A DNA stretch of 64,000 nt from assembly GCA_963701135.1 (NCBI GenBank), contig OY969567.1:2689366-2753365 (forward strand). Direction: 5' to 3'. The position numbers and the translations under genes were made by a program. The stretch is from an uncultured Chloroflexia bacterium. GTDB taxonomy: Bacteria > Chloroflexota > Dehalococcoidia > DSTF01 > JACRBR01. Shown in pieces: positions 20,389 through 30,834 of this stretch (positions are counted from its first letter, which is position 1; the number at the start of each line of letters is the position of its first letter). Below the pieces are notes generated by a model. It was not told the origin of the DNA. It did no database searches and saw only the letters and a program-made list of their open reading frames with translations.

Positions 20389-21663
20389 CTACATGGCTGC
20401 TGCGATCCGCGCGATGCCGCCCATGAACGGCAGCAGCACCTCGGGCACGTCGATCGATCCGTCGGGCTGCTGGTAATTCTCCATGATCGCGATCATCGTG
20501 CGGGGGAGCGCGAGGCCGGAGCCGTTGAGCGTGTGGACGAACTCCGGCTTCGCGGCGGGCTCGCGGCGGAAGCGGATGTTCGCGCGGCGCGCCTGGAAGT
20601 CGGTGCAGTTGCTGATGGAGCTGATCTCCAGCCACTCGCCGGCGCCCGGCGCCCACACCTCGATGTCGTACGTGCGCGCGGCGTTGAAGCCGAGATCGGC
20701 GGTGCAGATGTTGACGACGCGGTAGCGGAAGCCGAGCGCGCGGCAGACGTCGAGCGCGTCGTCGAGCATTGACTCCAGCTCTTCGGCGGATTTCTCCGGC
20801 TCGCAGAACTTGTACATCTCCACCTTGTCGAACTGGTGGCCGCGCTTGATGCCGCGGACGTCGCGGCCGGCGCTCATCTTTTCGCGGCGGAAGCAGGGGG
20901 TGTAGGCGACGTAGTGGATCGGCAGCGTGCCTGCCTCGATGATCTCGCCGCCGTGGATGTTCGTCAGCGGGACCTCGGCGGTGGGGACGAACCAGTAGTC
21001 CTCTTCGGCGTCGTGGTAGAGGTTGTCGCGGAACTTCGGCAACTGGCCGGAGTGCCACATCGTCTCTTCCTTGACCATCGCCGGCAGGTACATCTCCGTG
21101 TAGCCGTGCTTGTCGATGTGCAGCTCGAGCATGAAGGCGATGAGCGCGCGCTGGAGGCGGGCGCCTGCGCCCTTGAGCACGTAGAAGCGGCTGCCGGAGA
21201 GCTTCGCGCCGCGCTCGAAGTCGATGATGCCGAGCGCCTCGCCCAGCTCGTAGTGCGGCTTGCGCCACGGGTCGCTGTACTCCTCGCCCGACTGCTGGGC
21301 GACGCTGTTGTCGTCTTCGCCCTCGCCGTATGGCGTGGCCGGATCGGGGATGTTCGGGATCTCCATCAGCAGCGCATTGAGCCGCTCCTCGGTCTCGCGC
21401 AGCAGCGGCGTCAACTCGTCGATGCGCGACGATACGCCTTTCGTCGCGTCGATCATGCGCTGGCGCTCGGCGGGGTCTTTCGCGGCGCCGATCTTCTTGC
21501 CGGCGGCGTTCTGCTCGGCGCGCAGGCGCTCCGTCTCCGACAGCAGGTCGCGGCGGCGCACGTCGAGCGCGATGATCTCGTCGAGCGGCGCGAGCGTGTG
21601 GCGGTCGGCCAGCGCCTTGCGGACGGCGTCCGTGTGCTCGCGGATGAACTGCATGCTCAGCAT
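20389..21663 (-). CDS. serS: Seryl-tRNA synthetase, intact
   Basis: This 424-aa ORF has an N-terminal coiled-coil arm and class II core motifs ([43 protein letters not shown]). Confidence 0.95.
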   Translation of the reverse strand: MLSMQFIREHTDAVRKALADRHTLAPLDEIIALDVRRRDLLSETERLRAEQNAAGKKIGAAKDPAERQRMIDATKGVSSRIDELTPLLRETEERLNALLMEIPNIPDPATPYGEGEDDNSVAQQSGEEYSDPWRKPHYELGEALGIIDFERGAKLSGSRFYVLKGAGARLQRALIAFMLELHIDKHGYTEMYLPAMVKEETMWHSGQLPKFRDNLYHDAEEDYWFVPTAEVPLTNIHGGEIIEAGTLPIHYVAYTPCFRREKMSAGRDVRGIKRGHQFDKVEMYKFCEPEKSAEELESMLDDALDVCRALGFRYRVVNICTADLGFNAARTYDIEVWAPGAGEWLEISSISNCTDFQARRANIRFRREPAAKPEFVHTLNGSGLALPRTMIAIMENYQQPDGSIDVPEVLLPFMGGIARIAAAM

Positions 21664-21667
21664 GCCG

Positions 21668-21730
21668 GTAGGTTATAGGTTTTAGGGGCTAGGGGTTAGG
21701 GGATTGGAAGTTAGAGGTTAGAGGTTGGAG
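21668..21730. repeat. Heptamer array (GGTTAGG / GGTTAGA family)
   Basis: gtaggttataggttttaggggctaggggttaggggattggaagttagaggttagaggttggagg overlaps the last codons and stop of the NUDIX gene. Confidence 0.8.
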
Positions 21731-22208
21731 GCGCCAAGCGCACCAGCTCGATGGCCTGGAGGGCGAGGACGCGCACGTCCTCGGGCACGGGGATGTCGAC
21801 GCCGCAGGAGGCGACGGGCAGCGGGTCGTTGCGGCGCAGCTCGGCCTCCGTCACCCAGATGAAGCCGTGGTCACCGTCCGGGGCCTGGTGCGGCGCGCCG
21901 TCGACGGGGCGCAGGGCGTACGACATGTCGATGTGCTGGTGGGGCCCTTCGGGGACGTCGCCGCAGATGATGACGAGAGGCGGCGGGATTTGCGGGGGCT
22001 CGGCGAAGGGCAGCGGGGCGACGTGCGGCACGACCTCGGCGGTGATGCCGGTCTCCTCCAGCACCTCGCGCACGACGGCCTGCACGGGGTCCTCGTCGGG
22101 GTCGATGTGGCCGCCCGGGGGCAACCACAGCCGCACCTTCTTGTGCCAATGCAGCAGCGTGCGGTCGTCATCGACGAGGAAGCCTGTGACGGTGAAGTGG
22201 CGTTCCAT
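21711..22208 (-). CDS. NUDIX hydrolase
   Basis: It starts at ATG 22208 (MERHFTVTGFLV). The Nudix box is GGHIDPDEDPVQAVVREVLEETG. Confidence 0.8.
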   Translation of the reverse strand: MERHFTVTGFLVDDDRTLLHWHKKVRLWLPPGGHIDPDEDPVQAVVREVLEETGITAEVVPHVAPLPFAEPPQIPPPLVIICGDVPEGPHQHIDMSYALRPVDGAPHQAPDGDHGFIWVTEAELRRNDPLPVASCGVDIPVPEDVRVLALQAIELVRLAPPTSNL

Positions 22209-22315
22209 GTGGGGAGTGTAGCGGGTTGATCGTTGGTGGTTAATCGTTAGAGTGTCCTCCCCGGGCGCTGCGCTGGATGAGGACGGCATGCGGAGAGCAG
22301 TCCGGTCTGACGCGG

Positions 22316-23050
22316 TCAAGTGATGTCGAGCCTCGCACCGATGAAGCGCAGACCGAGACGCTGACTGACCCTCTGAGAGGACGCGTTTGCGCGCGACGTG
22401 CTGTAGAACAAGGTCCGGCCACGAAGTGCAGGGACCGATGCCCATCCGGCCGTTGCTGCCGCGGCGAAACCGCGCCCCCGAAGGGCCGGGAGCGTGTACA
22501 CACCCGTTTCGGCACTCTCCGGTCCGAGCCTGGCCGCAAAGGCGATGGAAGCGATGTCGTCCCCGTGGAATGCTATACACCAAGGCGCCCAGAACTCGCC
22601 AACGTCCACGAACCCCGCCGCGGCCAACGCCTCTGGCATCCCTTGCTCCGTGAGCCGGCCGAGCAAGTCGGCGCCTTCGGGTGTATCCGACGCTACGAGC
22701 TTTGCGGGATGTTCGCAGTCCAGCCTGTCCGGGAACGTCCAGATCAACCCCAATTCGTGATGCTCGACGGGCGCTTCTGTGCCAAGGAGCCGTAGGTAAT
22801 CCTCGAGATGGAACGGCGCACTATCGGGGTGGCGCAGCGGAGGCTCATCAGCCGCGAGCCTCTCTATCGCGGTTGCGATCTCCTGGGCGACGTTGTAGCG
22901 GATGCGGAGGACGTTTCCGGACGTGCAGCCCGCAAGGTAGAGGCGCGGCGGGGTTGCGCGATCCGGACTGTTGCAGCACAGGATCCCGCCGGACTCCGAT
23001 AGGACGAAGTTCGTGGCGGCCTGCAGTGCGAGCAGATCGAGATCGTTCAC
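22316..23050 (-). CDS. GNAT-like acetyltransferase (C-terminal domain)
   Basis: This is an intact 244-aa ORF. LPALRGRGFAAAATAGWA resembles a GNAT acetyl-CoA loop. G+C is somewhat lower than in its neighbours. Confidence 0.5.
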   Translation of the reverse strand: MNDLDLLALQAATNFVLSESGGILCCNSPDRATPPRLYLAGCTSGNVLRIRYNVAQEIATAIERLAADEPPLRHPDSAPFHLEDYLRLLGTEAPVEHHELGLIWTFPDRLDCEHPAKLVASDTPEGADLLGRLTEQGMPEALAAAGFVDVGEFWAPWCIAFHGDDIASIAFAARLGPESAETGVYTLPALRGRGFAAAATAGWASVPALRGRTLFYSTSRANASSQRVSQRLGLRFIGARLDIT

Positions 23051-24180
23051 CGCGCCGAAGCGGCTCGCGGCACTCGCGCGTTCCGGCCCGGCTTAGGCGT
23101 GGCCGCGGCGTCCTTCTCGCGGTCGAGGAGGGCGCGCTTGCGGTCGAGGCCATAGCGGTAGCCGCCGAGCGTGCCGTCTTCGCGCACGACGCGGTGGCAG
23201 GGGACGACGATGGGCGTGGGGTTGGCAGCGCAGGCGGAGCCGACGGCGCGGACGGCTTTCGGGCGGCCGACGGCGCGGGCGATGTCGCTGTAGGTGCGCG
23301 TTTCGCCGCGCGGTATGGCGCGGAGCGCCTCCCAGACGCGGATACGGAACGCCGTGGCGCGGACGTCGAGCGGCACGGGGTGGGGCGGCTCGCCGCCTGC
23401 GATGCCGACGATGATCGATTCGACGGCGGAGCGCAGCCCAGCATCGTCGCGGCGGATCTCGGCGGCGGCGAACTCGTGGTGCAGCGTGGTTTCGAGCTCG
23501 GCGTCGGAGGCGGCGAAGTCGATCGACGCGACGCCGCGCTCAGTGGCGGCGACGAGCATGCGGCCGAATTCGCACGAGACGATGGTGTATGAGATCGCGA
23601 TGCCTTCGCCGGAGCGGCGGTAACGCGCCGGCGTCATGCCGAGGGCGCGGGACGACTGCTCGTACAGGCGGCTGGAGGAGCCGAAGCCGGCGTCGTAGAT
23701 GGCGGCGGTGACATCGCGCGATGCGCGGAGCGACGTCCTGGCGCGCTGCAGGCGGCGTGCGGCGCCGTACTGGCGCGGCGTGACGCCCGTGATCCGCTTG
23801 AACGTGCGCTGGAGGTGGAACGGGCTCTTGCCGAAGCGCGCACCCAGCTCGGCGAGCGTGGGCGGCGCGTCACGCGCGGCGTCAAGCGCGCGGCAGACCT
23901 CGCGGATGAGCGCGAGGTCGGGCCGGCCGGCGTCGCGCGGGTGGCAGCGCTTGCAGGCGCGGTAGCCCGCAGCCTCGGCGAGGCGCGGGGTGGGGAAGAA
24001 CTCGACGTTCTCGCGCTTCGGCATGCGCGCGGGGCACCCGGGCCGGCAGTAGATGCCCGTCGTGCGCACGGCCACGACGAACAGGGCGCGCGCCGACGCG
24101 CGGCGCTCGGACACCGCCTGCCAGCAGGCGTCGGTGTCCATCGCGGCATCGGTCTCGGCGGGCATGGTTGCGGTCGTCAT
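23047..24180 (-). CDS. ada: Bifunctional Ada: methylphosphotriester-DNA methyltransferase/AraC regulator fused to O6-methylguanine-DNA methyltransferase
   Basis: This is an intact 377-aa ORF. It has an N-terminal Cys4 zinc site (CRPGCPARMP and CKRCHP), an AraC HTH (HLQRTFKRITGVTPRQY) and the MGMT active site VVPCHRVV. Confidence 0.85.
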   Translation of the reverse strand: MTTATMPAETDAAMDTDACWQAVSERRASARALFVVAVRTTGIYCRPGCPARMPKRENVEFFPTPRLAEAAGYRACKRCHPRDAGRPDLALIREVCRALDAARDAPPTLAELGARFGKSPFHLQRTFKRITGVTPRQYGAARRLQRARTSLRASRDVTAAIYDAGFGSSSRLYEQSSRALGMTPARYRRSGEGIAISYTIVSCEFGRMLVAATERGVASIDFAASDAELETTLHHEFAAAEIRRDDAGLRSAVESIIVGIAGGEPPHPVPLDVRATAFRIRVWEALRAIPRGETRTYSDIARAVGRPKAVRAVGSACAANPTPIVVPCHRVVREDGTLGGYRYGLDRKRALLDREKDAAATPKPGRNARVPRAASAR

Positions 24181-24253
24181 GGCATCACCTCCGGATTCGA
24201 TGCTACGCCCTCACGGAGCGGCGCATCTATCCGGATCTTGCGCTCAATGCCGG

Positions 24254-25536
24254 TTACGCCGCCGCGAGGATCTCGCGCAGGCGTTCGGCGTCGCCGCCGG
24301 GGCCGACGACGGCCATCGCGAAGCCGGCCGGCTGGAAGAGGCGCTGCGCGACGCGCTGCACCTCGGCGGGCGTCACGGCCGCGATCGCCGCCACCACGTC
24401 CTCGATCGGCTCGATCTCGCCGGTCATCAGCAGCGACTCGCCGGCGCGCTGCGCGAGCGCCATCGTCGACTCCAGGCCGAGGCGGAAGTTGCCGATCGAG
24501 AAGTCGCGCGCCTTCGTCGTCTCCTCTTCGCTGGCCGGCTCGTGGCGCCATCTTGAACAGCTCGTCGCGGATCACCTGCGTCGCTTCCTCCAGGTGGTCG
24601 AGCGTGACGCCGGCGCTGACGCTCATGACGCCGATGTCGTTGTAGCGCGAGACGCCGGAGCCGACGGAGTAGGCGAGGCCGCGCCGCTCGCGCACCTCCT
24701 TGAACAGCCGCGAGCTCATGCCGCGGCCGAGGACCGTGTTCAGCACCATCAGCGGGTAGCGGTCGGGGTCGTTGCGCGGCAGCGCGTGCAGCGCGATGCC
24801 CATGTTGCACTGCGCGATCTCGCGCGTCTCGACGACGACGCGGTCGAGCGCGAACTCGTACGCGGCGGGCGAGCGGCGCGGGCACCGGCGCGGTCCTCCA
24901 CGCCGCCGAAGAGCGTCTTCGGCGAGCCGCATGACCTCATCGTGCGTGGTGTTGCCGGCGACGCTGAGGACGGTGTTCGACGGCACGTAGTAGGTCGCGA
25001 CGTGCTGGACGAAGTCGTCGCGGTTCATCGCCTCGACCGTCTCGATGCGTGCCGGCGATCGGCCAGCCGATCGGCTGGTCGCCGAACGTCGCGCGCGACA
25101 GCAGCTCCGACGCCCAGGCGCCGGGCTGGTCGAAGGCGCGGCGGATCTCCTGCTGGACGACGGTGCGCTCGCGGTCGATCTCGGCCTGTTCGAGCAGCGA
25201 GTGCCGGTACATGTCGGCGAGCACGTCCATCGCCAGCGGCAGCTTGTCGAACGGCACCTGGTTCCAGTAGCAGGTCAGCTCCTTCGACGTGTAGGCGTTG
25301 AGCACGCCGCCCGCGCCCTCGATCGCCTCGGCGATGAGGATGGCGTCGGGGCGGCGCTGCGTGCCCTTGAAGAGCATGTGCTCCATGTAGTGCGAGAGGC
25401 CGTTCGTGCGGCGGTCTTCGCCGCGCGAGCCGATGCCGACGAAGACGTTGACGCTGACGGACTGCGCCGTCGGTACGGGCGTCGTGACGACGCGCATGCC
25501 GTTGCCCAGCTTCGAGATCTGCCATTCGATGCCCAA
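24254..25536 (-). pseudogene. M16 (pitrilysin) family zinc peptidase with at least 2-3 frameshifts
   Basis: It has a TTG start at 25536 and the HxxEH motif (SHYMEHMLFKG). It continues in ORF 24177-25028 (NRDDFVQHVATYYVPSNTVLSVAG) and ends in ORF 24254-24463 (ending ERLREILAAA*). Confidence 0.75.
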
Positions 25537-25681
25537 TCCGGATCCTTTCTCGATTCAGCGGTACGGACGAGTATAGCGGTGCGGCGCTTCGCGAGCGCTG
25601 CGGGCGACTAAGAAAGATAGGCGTTCCGCCGGGGCGGAAGCAGGGCCACGCATACCCGCCAGTCTCAAAAGCCAATCTGTA

Positions 25682-26872
25682 TTGGCCGATCATCGTCTGA
25701 CCACACCCGGCCACTGGCCGGCAGTCCGCACGTGCGAGCATGAAGCCGCCTGGCACCCGCGCATGAGCCTGTTCCCTTCTTCCCACGCATTCGACGAGCA
25801 CGTCAGCATCGCCCAGGGCGAGGCGGCCGAGCACCCGGCACGCCCGGAGGGCCACGCGCACAATGCGCGCGAGCACGCGCCGGGCGCCGATGCGGTCGAT
25901 CCCGGCTACTGGCCGCGGGCGATGGGGCTGCGGGTCCTCATCGCCGCGAGTTATGTCGTGTTGATTCCGGCGGGGCTGCTGCCCATGTCGCGGGCGTGGT
26001 GGGTGATCAGCGGCTGGTCGCTGCTCGTCTACGCCGTCGCCGCGCTCGCCACGTACTACCGATTCGGACTGTCGCGCATCCACATCGACGTCACGCCGTT
26101 CACGGACACGCTGATGGTGACGCTGGCGATCATCGCGCTCGCGCGGCCGGACTACCCGATCTGGATCGGGTACTTCCTGATCATCACGTCGCTCGCGACG
26201 TTCCACACCACGCGCTACATGGTGGCCTTCGCGCTGTGCACCATCGGCCTGTACTGGGGCGGGCTGCTCGTCCTCGATGCGACGGGCCGCGCGGCGGTCG
26301 ATTGGCAGTACGCGACGATCGTCTCGATCATGGCGATCTTCACGGCGCTCAACGCCGACGTGATCTCGACCAGCAACCGCAAGCTGCGCGACATGGTACG
26401 CAAGGCCTCGCTCACCGACCCGCTGACCGGGCTCGACAACCGCCGCCGTTTTCGCGAGATCCTCGACTCCCACAACGTCGCCGACACGCGGCCGCTCGCG
26501 GTGCTGATGTACGACCTCGACAACTTCAAGAACGTGAACGAAGAGTACGGCCACGTGCGCGCCGATGCGGTGCTCGTCGCCGTAGCCGACGAACTGCGCG
26601 CGGCGTTCCGCGAGGCGGACACGGTGGCGCGCTATGGCGGCGACGAGATCATCGTGCTGGCGCACGTGCTGTCGGTGGACCACGCCATGGGCATGGCGGA
26701 GCGCAGCCTGGCGCAGGTGAAGGAGTCCGCCGGCGTGACGTTGAGCGCCGGCCTCGCCGTGTATCCGCTGACATCGAGCACGCTCGAGGGCGCGCTGCGC
26801 GAGGCCGATGCGGCGCTCGGCGCGGCAAAGCGCGGCGGCAAGGCGCGCGTCGCCACGAGCAGCGCCGCGTAG
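25682..26872 (+). CDS. Membrane-bound diguanylate cyclase (GGDEF)
   Basis: This is an intact ORF with about 5 N-terminal TM segments, then DPLTGLDNRRRF and the active site RYGGDEIIVLA. The true start may be downstream of 25682. Confidence 0.8.
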   Translation: MADHRLTTPGHWPAVRTCEHEAAWHPRMSLFPSSHAFDEHVSIAQGEAAEHPARPEGHAHNAREHAPGADAVDPGYWPRAMGLRVLIAASYVVLIPAGLLPMSRAWWVISGWSLLVYAVAALATYYRFGLSRIHIDVTPFTDTLMVTLAIIALARPDYPIWIGYFLIITSLATFHTTRYMVAFALCTIGLYWGGLLVLDATGRAAVDWQYATIVSIMAIFTALNADVISTSNRKLRDMVRKASLTDPLTGLDNRRRFREILDSHNVADTRPLAVLMYDLDNFKNVNEEYGHVRADAVLVAVADELRAAFREADTVARYGGDEIIVLAHVLSVDHAMGMAERSLAQVKESAGVTLSAGLAVYPLTSSTLEGALREADAALGAAKRGGKARVATSSAA

Positions 26873-26972
26873 GCGGGCGTCAGGACTTCCCGCATCTCGT
26901 TCCTCGCTTGCCTCCCCTCCTCCGCCTCAGTTCCCACGATGGCGAGCCTCGCACAACGCGCGCTGCTACCAT

Positions 26973-27191
26973 ATGGCCGTGGCGCGGCTGTACTTCGAAA
27001 CTGACGCCGGGGAGGCGTGCCCCGTCGAGTTCGGCGGACCGAGCGATGTGCTGGTGTACTTCCTGTCGCTCGCGTTCTCGACGCGCTACGGCTCGCAGCA
27101 CGAGTCTGACGAAGCTCGCAAGAAGCACGGCCCAGCCACGCAGCGCGTCAGCAACGGCATGGGCGCATCAACGATCATCGACGCGATCTAG
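26973..27191 (+). pseudogene. Truncated 5' copy of the gene at 30835-31266
   Basis: MAVARLYFETDAGEACPVEFGGPSDVLVYFLSLAFSTRYGS is near-identical to the start of the downstream gene for about 120 nt (26975-27094 versus 30831-30950). It then diverges into low-GC sequence. Confidence 0.75.
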
Positions 27192-27326
27192 CAGTTCCTC
27201 ATGGCGCGTTGGCGCCACCCCCGCGAATGAAAATGAACTGGCGCGGCGGACCGAACACCTCACCCCCGGCCCCTCTCCACGCCGTGGAGAGGGGAGCTCC
27301 AGTCGGACTTTGAAGCTATTTTCAAG

Positions 27327-27450
27327 GCAGGGTGCTGAAAAAGTCCGCTCAACTCGTAGCGCGGGCTTTTTAGCCCGCGCGATGCAGCTTCGCGTCGCGA
27401 ACATCAGATTAGGCGACTACAGTCACTTTGAGCCTTTTTCAGCACCCTGC
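27327..27450. mobile_element. MITE-like element: 17-bp terminal inverted repeats around a REP-type hairpin
   Basis: GCAGGGTGCTGAAAAAG (27327-27343) is the exact reverse complement of CTTTTTCAGCACCCTGC (27434-27450). The interior carries GCGCGGGCTTTTTAGCCCGCGC (27359-27380). No ORF is present. Confidence 0.5.
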
Positions 27451-27465
27451 TAGAGTGCCGCTGCC

Positions 27466-28656
27466 CTATGGCGGCGCGGCGCAGCTATGACCGACCTGGG
27501 CGTTCATCGCGATAACGTCCGACGTGATGCCGATGCCGCCGTCGGGCGGGCCTGAGCGCCAGGGCTTCGCCGGATCAGCGCTCCGAGTACGGTCGTACTG
27601 CAGGCCGTCCCACTGGCCGTTGCCGTCAAGATCCACATAGTAGGCCAGTTGCGATGTGGTGAGGCCGACGTACTTCAACAACGCCGTGACATCGGTTGTG
27701 GTGCCGATCGCCTTGTCGCGTGTACCTGCGGGGTTAACGATCAGCGCCGGGACTGGCACGTCGTAGAAGTCCCACGGGTTCGCGGGGTCGCGGTCGCCGC
27801 CCAAGCTCGGTGTTGGCCCGCTCTCCTCGACGTCCGCGCAGCCGTCGCCGTCGGTGTCGGCGTTGAGCGCGCCGAAGCCGTAGTCCGGCGAGATCGAATA
27901 GATGTACGCGAGCCCGCCGGCGTTGGCGATGTTGCAGACCCAGGGGCCCCGTGCGTCCTCCCGCGTGGGAAGCAGCGAAGCCGGCCATTGCGTGCTCCAT
28001 GGAAGATAGTTGTACGCCATGATTGAGTCGTATCCAGTATTGGAGCACGGGCCATAGACGTCATTCGTGATAAACGCCGGATGGTTCAGGCCGAGGGCAT
28101 GTCCGAGCTCGTGTGCGATGGTGCCTTTGTTGTTGGGTTGTGCGGGGTTGAGACAGACCGTCGCGCGACGGAACGGCTGGCCCGGTTCTTTGATCCAGAA
28201 TCCGTTCCCGTCTGCCTTACGACCACTATCGTCATCAGAAACAATGGTCACGGCATAGAACTTAGCGTTTGCCGGATCGCCAAAGGTGATGTTGCAGACG
28301 AAGAAGTGGTCGTCCCACAGCGAGAGGCCATATGCTGCCCCCGAGTCCAACACCTGGACGTGCGCGAATCCTACCGTCGTGTACTCCAGCCAGGGTAGAT
28401 CGCCGCCCATGTTGCCGACCATGCGTTGGGCACGCCAGCCGTTGATCGCGTCCATCGCCTCCTGTGTTCGAGTGGTGGCGCCGGTGTAGACGTACAAAAA
28501 GCCGGAGTCCGGCCCGATCCCGTCGAACCCGATCCCGTCGCTGTGCAGGTACGCGTTGTTAGCGAGCGCGCGGTTTGGGCCGGAGAGGTCGGACACCACG
28601 AAGAGCGCGACGACAAACGCGAACAGGAGGGTGCGCTTCGGCCACAGCAGCTTCAT
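27466..28656 (-). CDS. Secreted metzincin-type zinc metalloprotease
   Basis: This is an intact 396-aa ORF with a signal-like N-terminus. AHELGHALGLNH fits HExxHxxGxxH. Asp-rich calcium-binding-type repeats are present (DTDGDGCAD, DLDGNGQWD). G+C is lower than in the flanking core genes. Confidence 0.7.
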   Translation of the reverse strand: MKLLWPKRTLLFAFVVALFVVSDLSGPNRALANNAYLHSDGIGFDGIGPDSGFLYVYTGATTRTQEAMDAINGWRAQRMVGNMGGDLPWLEYTTVGFAHVQVLDSGAAYGLSLWDDHFFVCNITFGDPANAKFYAVTIVSDDDSGRKADGNGFWIKEPGQPFRRATVCLNPAQPNNKGTIAHELGHALGLNHPAFITNDVYGPCSNTGYDSIMAYNYLPWSTQWPASLLPTREDARGPWVCNIANAGGLAYIYSISPDYGFGALNADTDGDGCADVEESGPTPSLGGDRDPANPWDFYDVPVPALIVNPAGTRDKAIGTTTDVTALLKYVGLTTSQLAYYVDLDGNGQWDGLQYDRTRSADPAKPWRSGPPDGGIGITSDVIAMNAQVGHSCAAPP

Positions 28657-28690
28657 GTCCCCTCCTCAGCCGCATCCGCTCGCGCGCTTC

Positions 28691-29564
28691 TCACGGTTGC
28701 GGCGCCGTTGGCGTGACCGGCATCCCGGCCGGAGGAAGCTCCACGACCGGGCCCGTCTGCCAGGACGCGCTCGGGAAGGTAAACGGGGCCGCGGCAGGCG
28801 CTCCGGCGGAAGGGGCGAACCGGAAGGTGACGGTTGCGCCGGGCCGGCCGCAGCCGGGGCGGAGGCTATCGGGGTTGACGACCACCAGGTAATCAAATGC
28901 AGGCCCCTCGCCCTGCCGCGGATTGAGCTGAACCCCGCAGACCACGCCGTCGATCAAGGGTTCTACCGTGCGAGGAGGGAACTCGGAGGTGGTGAATGTT
29001 CCGCTGTACAGAGCGAACGCTGGCCCCACGGTCAGTGTGATTGACCCCGAATACGCACCTGGCTGCCAGGCGACCGTCTCGTCGTCGAGCGCGCCATCCA
29101 CGGTGAACTGGACTTGCGCCCCGGGTACGCCGCAGCCCGGTTCGCTCGTTCGCGGAGGGAATCATCATGAAAAAGAAGGAACCGGGCCCATCCATCAGGC
29201 CCCCAGACTTCCCAGCAGCGCATTCTGTGCCGTTTATGAGTGCCCGCACCGTGACCCGTGCCGGCCGGGCGTTGACCCACACGCTCCCAGCCAGCCACAT
29301 CTGCCCAGAAGTCTGCTCAGCGGATAGTATGGGTGCCGGCGTGGGCGTCGAAGTTCCTGCAGGCTCCGTCGGTGTACTGGCGTCCGGCGTACTCGTGCCC
29401 GCAGGTGCGGTCGCCGTTTGTACCGGCGTCTCGGCCGCGACTTGCGGCTCGCCTTCGTCAGATTGCGTAGAAGCGACGACGTAGATGCCGCCCGCGCCGC
29501 CCGCCATCAAGGCGCCGATGGCGACAACCTTCGCGAGTCCGAATACGAACGGCGACGTGATCAT
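28691..29564 (-). pseudogene. Secreted or membrane-anchored hypothetical protein, one frameshift
   Basis: It starts at ATG 29564 (MITSPFVFGLAKVVAIGALMAG), preceded by AGGGAG. It has a Thr/Pro-rich linker. The C-terminal half lies in the frame of ORF 28691-29101, with a shift near 29140. Confidence 0.5.
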
Positions 29565-29591
29565 GGGTGCTCCCTGCCGCGACGCCGAAGT

Positions 29592-29641
29592 ACATTGCGC
29601 CGTCGCCATGCGAAGTTCGCATGGCGACGGCGCAATGTCAA
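29592..29641 (-). promoter_or_regulatory. TTGACA box fused to a 23+23-nt perfect palindrome upstream of 28691-29564
   Basis: ACATTGCGCCGTCGCCATGCGAA-G-TTCGCATGGCGACGGCGCAATGT spans 29592-29638. On the minus strand TTGACA (29641-29636) overlaps its first bases. An AT-rich tract lies just upstream. Confidence 0.55.
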
Positions 29642-29873
29642 CTAGTAAGAGGAATTTTCTTTTGTACCGGGGCGTCCGCCGCTACTCCGACGCCAGCCTC
29701 GCGACGTAGTCGCCGACCTCGCGCGTGCCCATGCCCATCTTGCCCGCCGACAGCGACTTGATCTCGCCCGAAGCGAGCGCCTTCATGACGGCGCTCGATG
29801 CGCTCCGCCGTCGCCGCCTCGCCAACGATGAATCCAAACGTGAATCGGACAATAACAGAAGACACCGGGCGCA

Positions 29874-30610
29874 TCATTCTCCGGAACCCGTGAGAATCGG
29901 TTCGGCGGTACCTGATCCTGGCATCGGAGTAACCGCCGCCCTGAACCGTTCGAACGCAGGAGCGAGCTCTGGCGCAACCTGCGAGCCCTCACGAACGATA
30001 ATGGCGCCCGTGGATTCATCCAGGTACAGGTACATGATCGATGAGCCGTAACGGAGGTACGCGGAAGTACAGCCTGGTTCGAGGCAGTATCCGATGAGGC
30101 CCCCAAAGAGCAGCCCGGATTCTCGCGATGGCTCGGGAAAACTCAATCCGGCGAGGGTCGGCCGCCGCGCGGGCGGTACGGGTCCATCGACAAAGGGCCA
30201 GACCTTTGGCAGGCCGGTCTCCAGCGTGAGGGACGAGAGGATGGCCCGCGCATCGGTATTTTGCGCCGACAGCGTATCGGAGAGGACTTCACCGCTTTCG
30301 GCATCGATGACTGCCGTTGGCCACACTGGTTCCGATCCATCCGCCGGGAAGCCAACGTCAACGTAGAGGTTGACGGTGTAGCGATGGCTAAAGGTCGAGT
30401 TTGGCGTACCGGTAACGGGAATACCAGTTGACAATTGGACCGCAGAGCCTTCCGGCGGAGCATCGATGCTCACGTTGACCCAACGGATCCTACTTCCCGG
30501 CGCGGTCGCATCCGTCTGCTGGCCGCCGGCCGACCGGCGACACCAGCAATACCGCCAATGACCACGGCCGCAGTCAAGATTCCGGCGATCACTGGCAAGA
30601 GCTTCTTCAT
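29874..30610 (-). pseudogene. Secreted or membrane-anchored hypothetical protein, one frameshift
   Basis: It starts at ATG 30610 (MKKLLPVIAGILTAAVVIGGIAG, in ORF 30470-30715). The remainder lies in ORF 29874-30644, with a shift near 30530. Confidence 0.5.
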
Positions 30611-30666
30611 GGCAAGCTCCACTTCTATGTCGGCGCTGCCCCAAGGGCGGTCAGCACTACGAGATC

Positions 30667-30715
30667 CATTGCGCAGTTGCAGAACGATAATCGTTCTGCG
30701 ACGGCGCAATGTCAA
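30667..30715 (-). promoter_or_regulatory. Second copy of the TTGACA-plus-palindrome module, upstream of 29874-30610
   Basis: CATTGCGCAGTTGCAGAACGAT-A-ATCGTTCTGCGACGGCGCAATG spans 30667-30711. On the minus strand TTGACA lies at 30715-30710. The outer arms match the first copy. The inner 8 bp differ but remain self-complementary. Confidence 0.55.
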
Positions 30716-30834
30716 CAGAAACGAGGAATTTTATTTTGTACCGGGCCGTCCGGACTACTCCCAGGCGAGCCTTCGCCGGCGCAGCCGCCCGGCTTCCGCA
30801 CTCCGCGGATGGGATCGGGTGCTAGTATGCGGCC

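Noticed and set aside
26808-26972. The N-terminal 55 residues of ORF 26808-27191, and likewise the upstream extensions of ORFs at 61910, 22583, 43836, 12816 and 16164.
   Set aside because: These extensions are Arg/Pro-rich, overlap the 3' end of the preceding gene or intergenic repeats, and lack an RBS. Internal starts with Shine-Dalgarno sequences and homology-supported N-termini were preferred.
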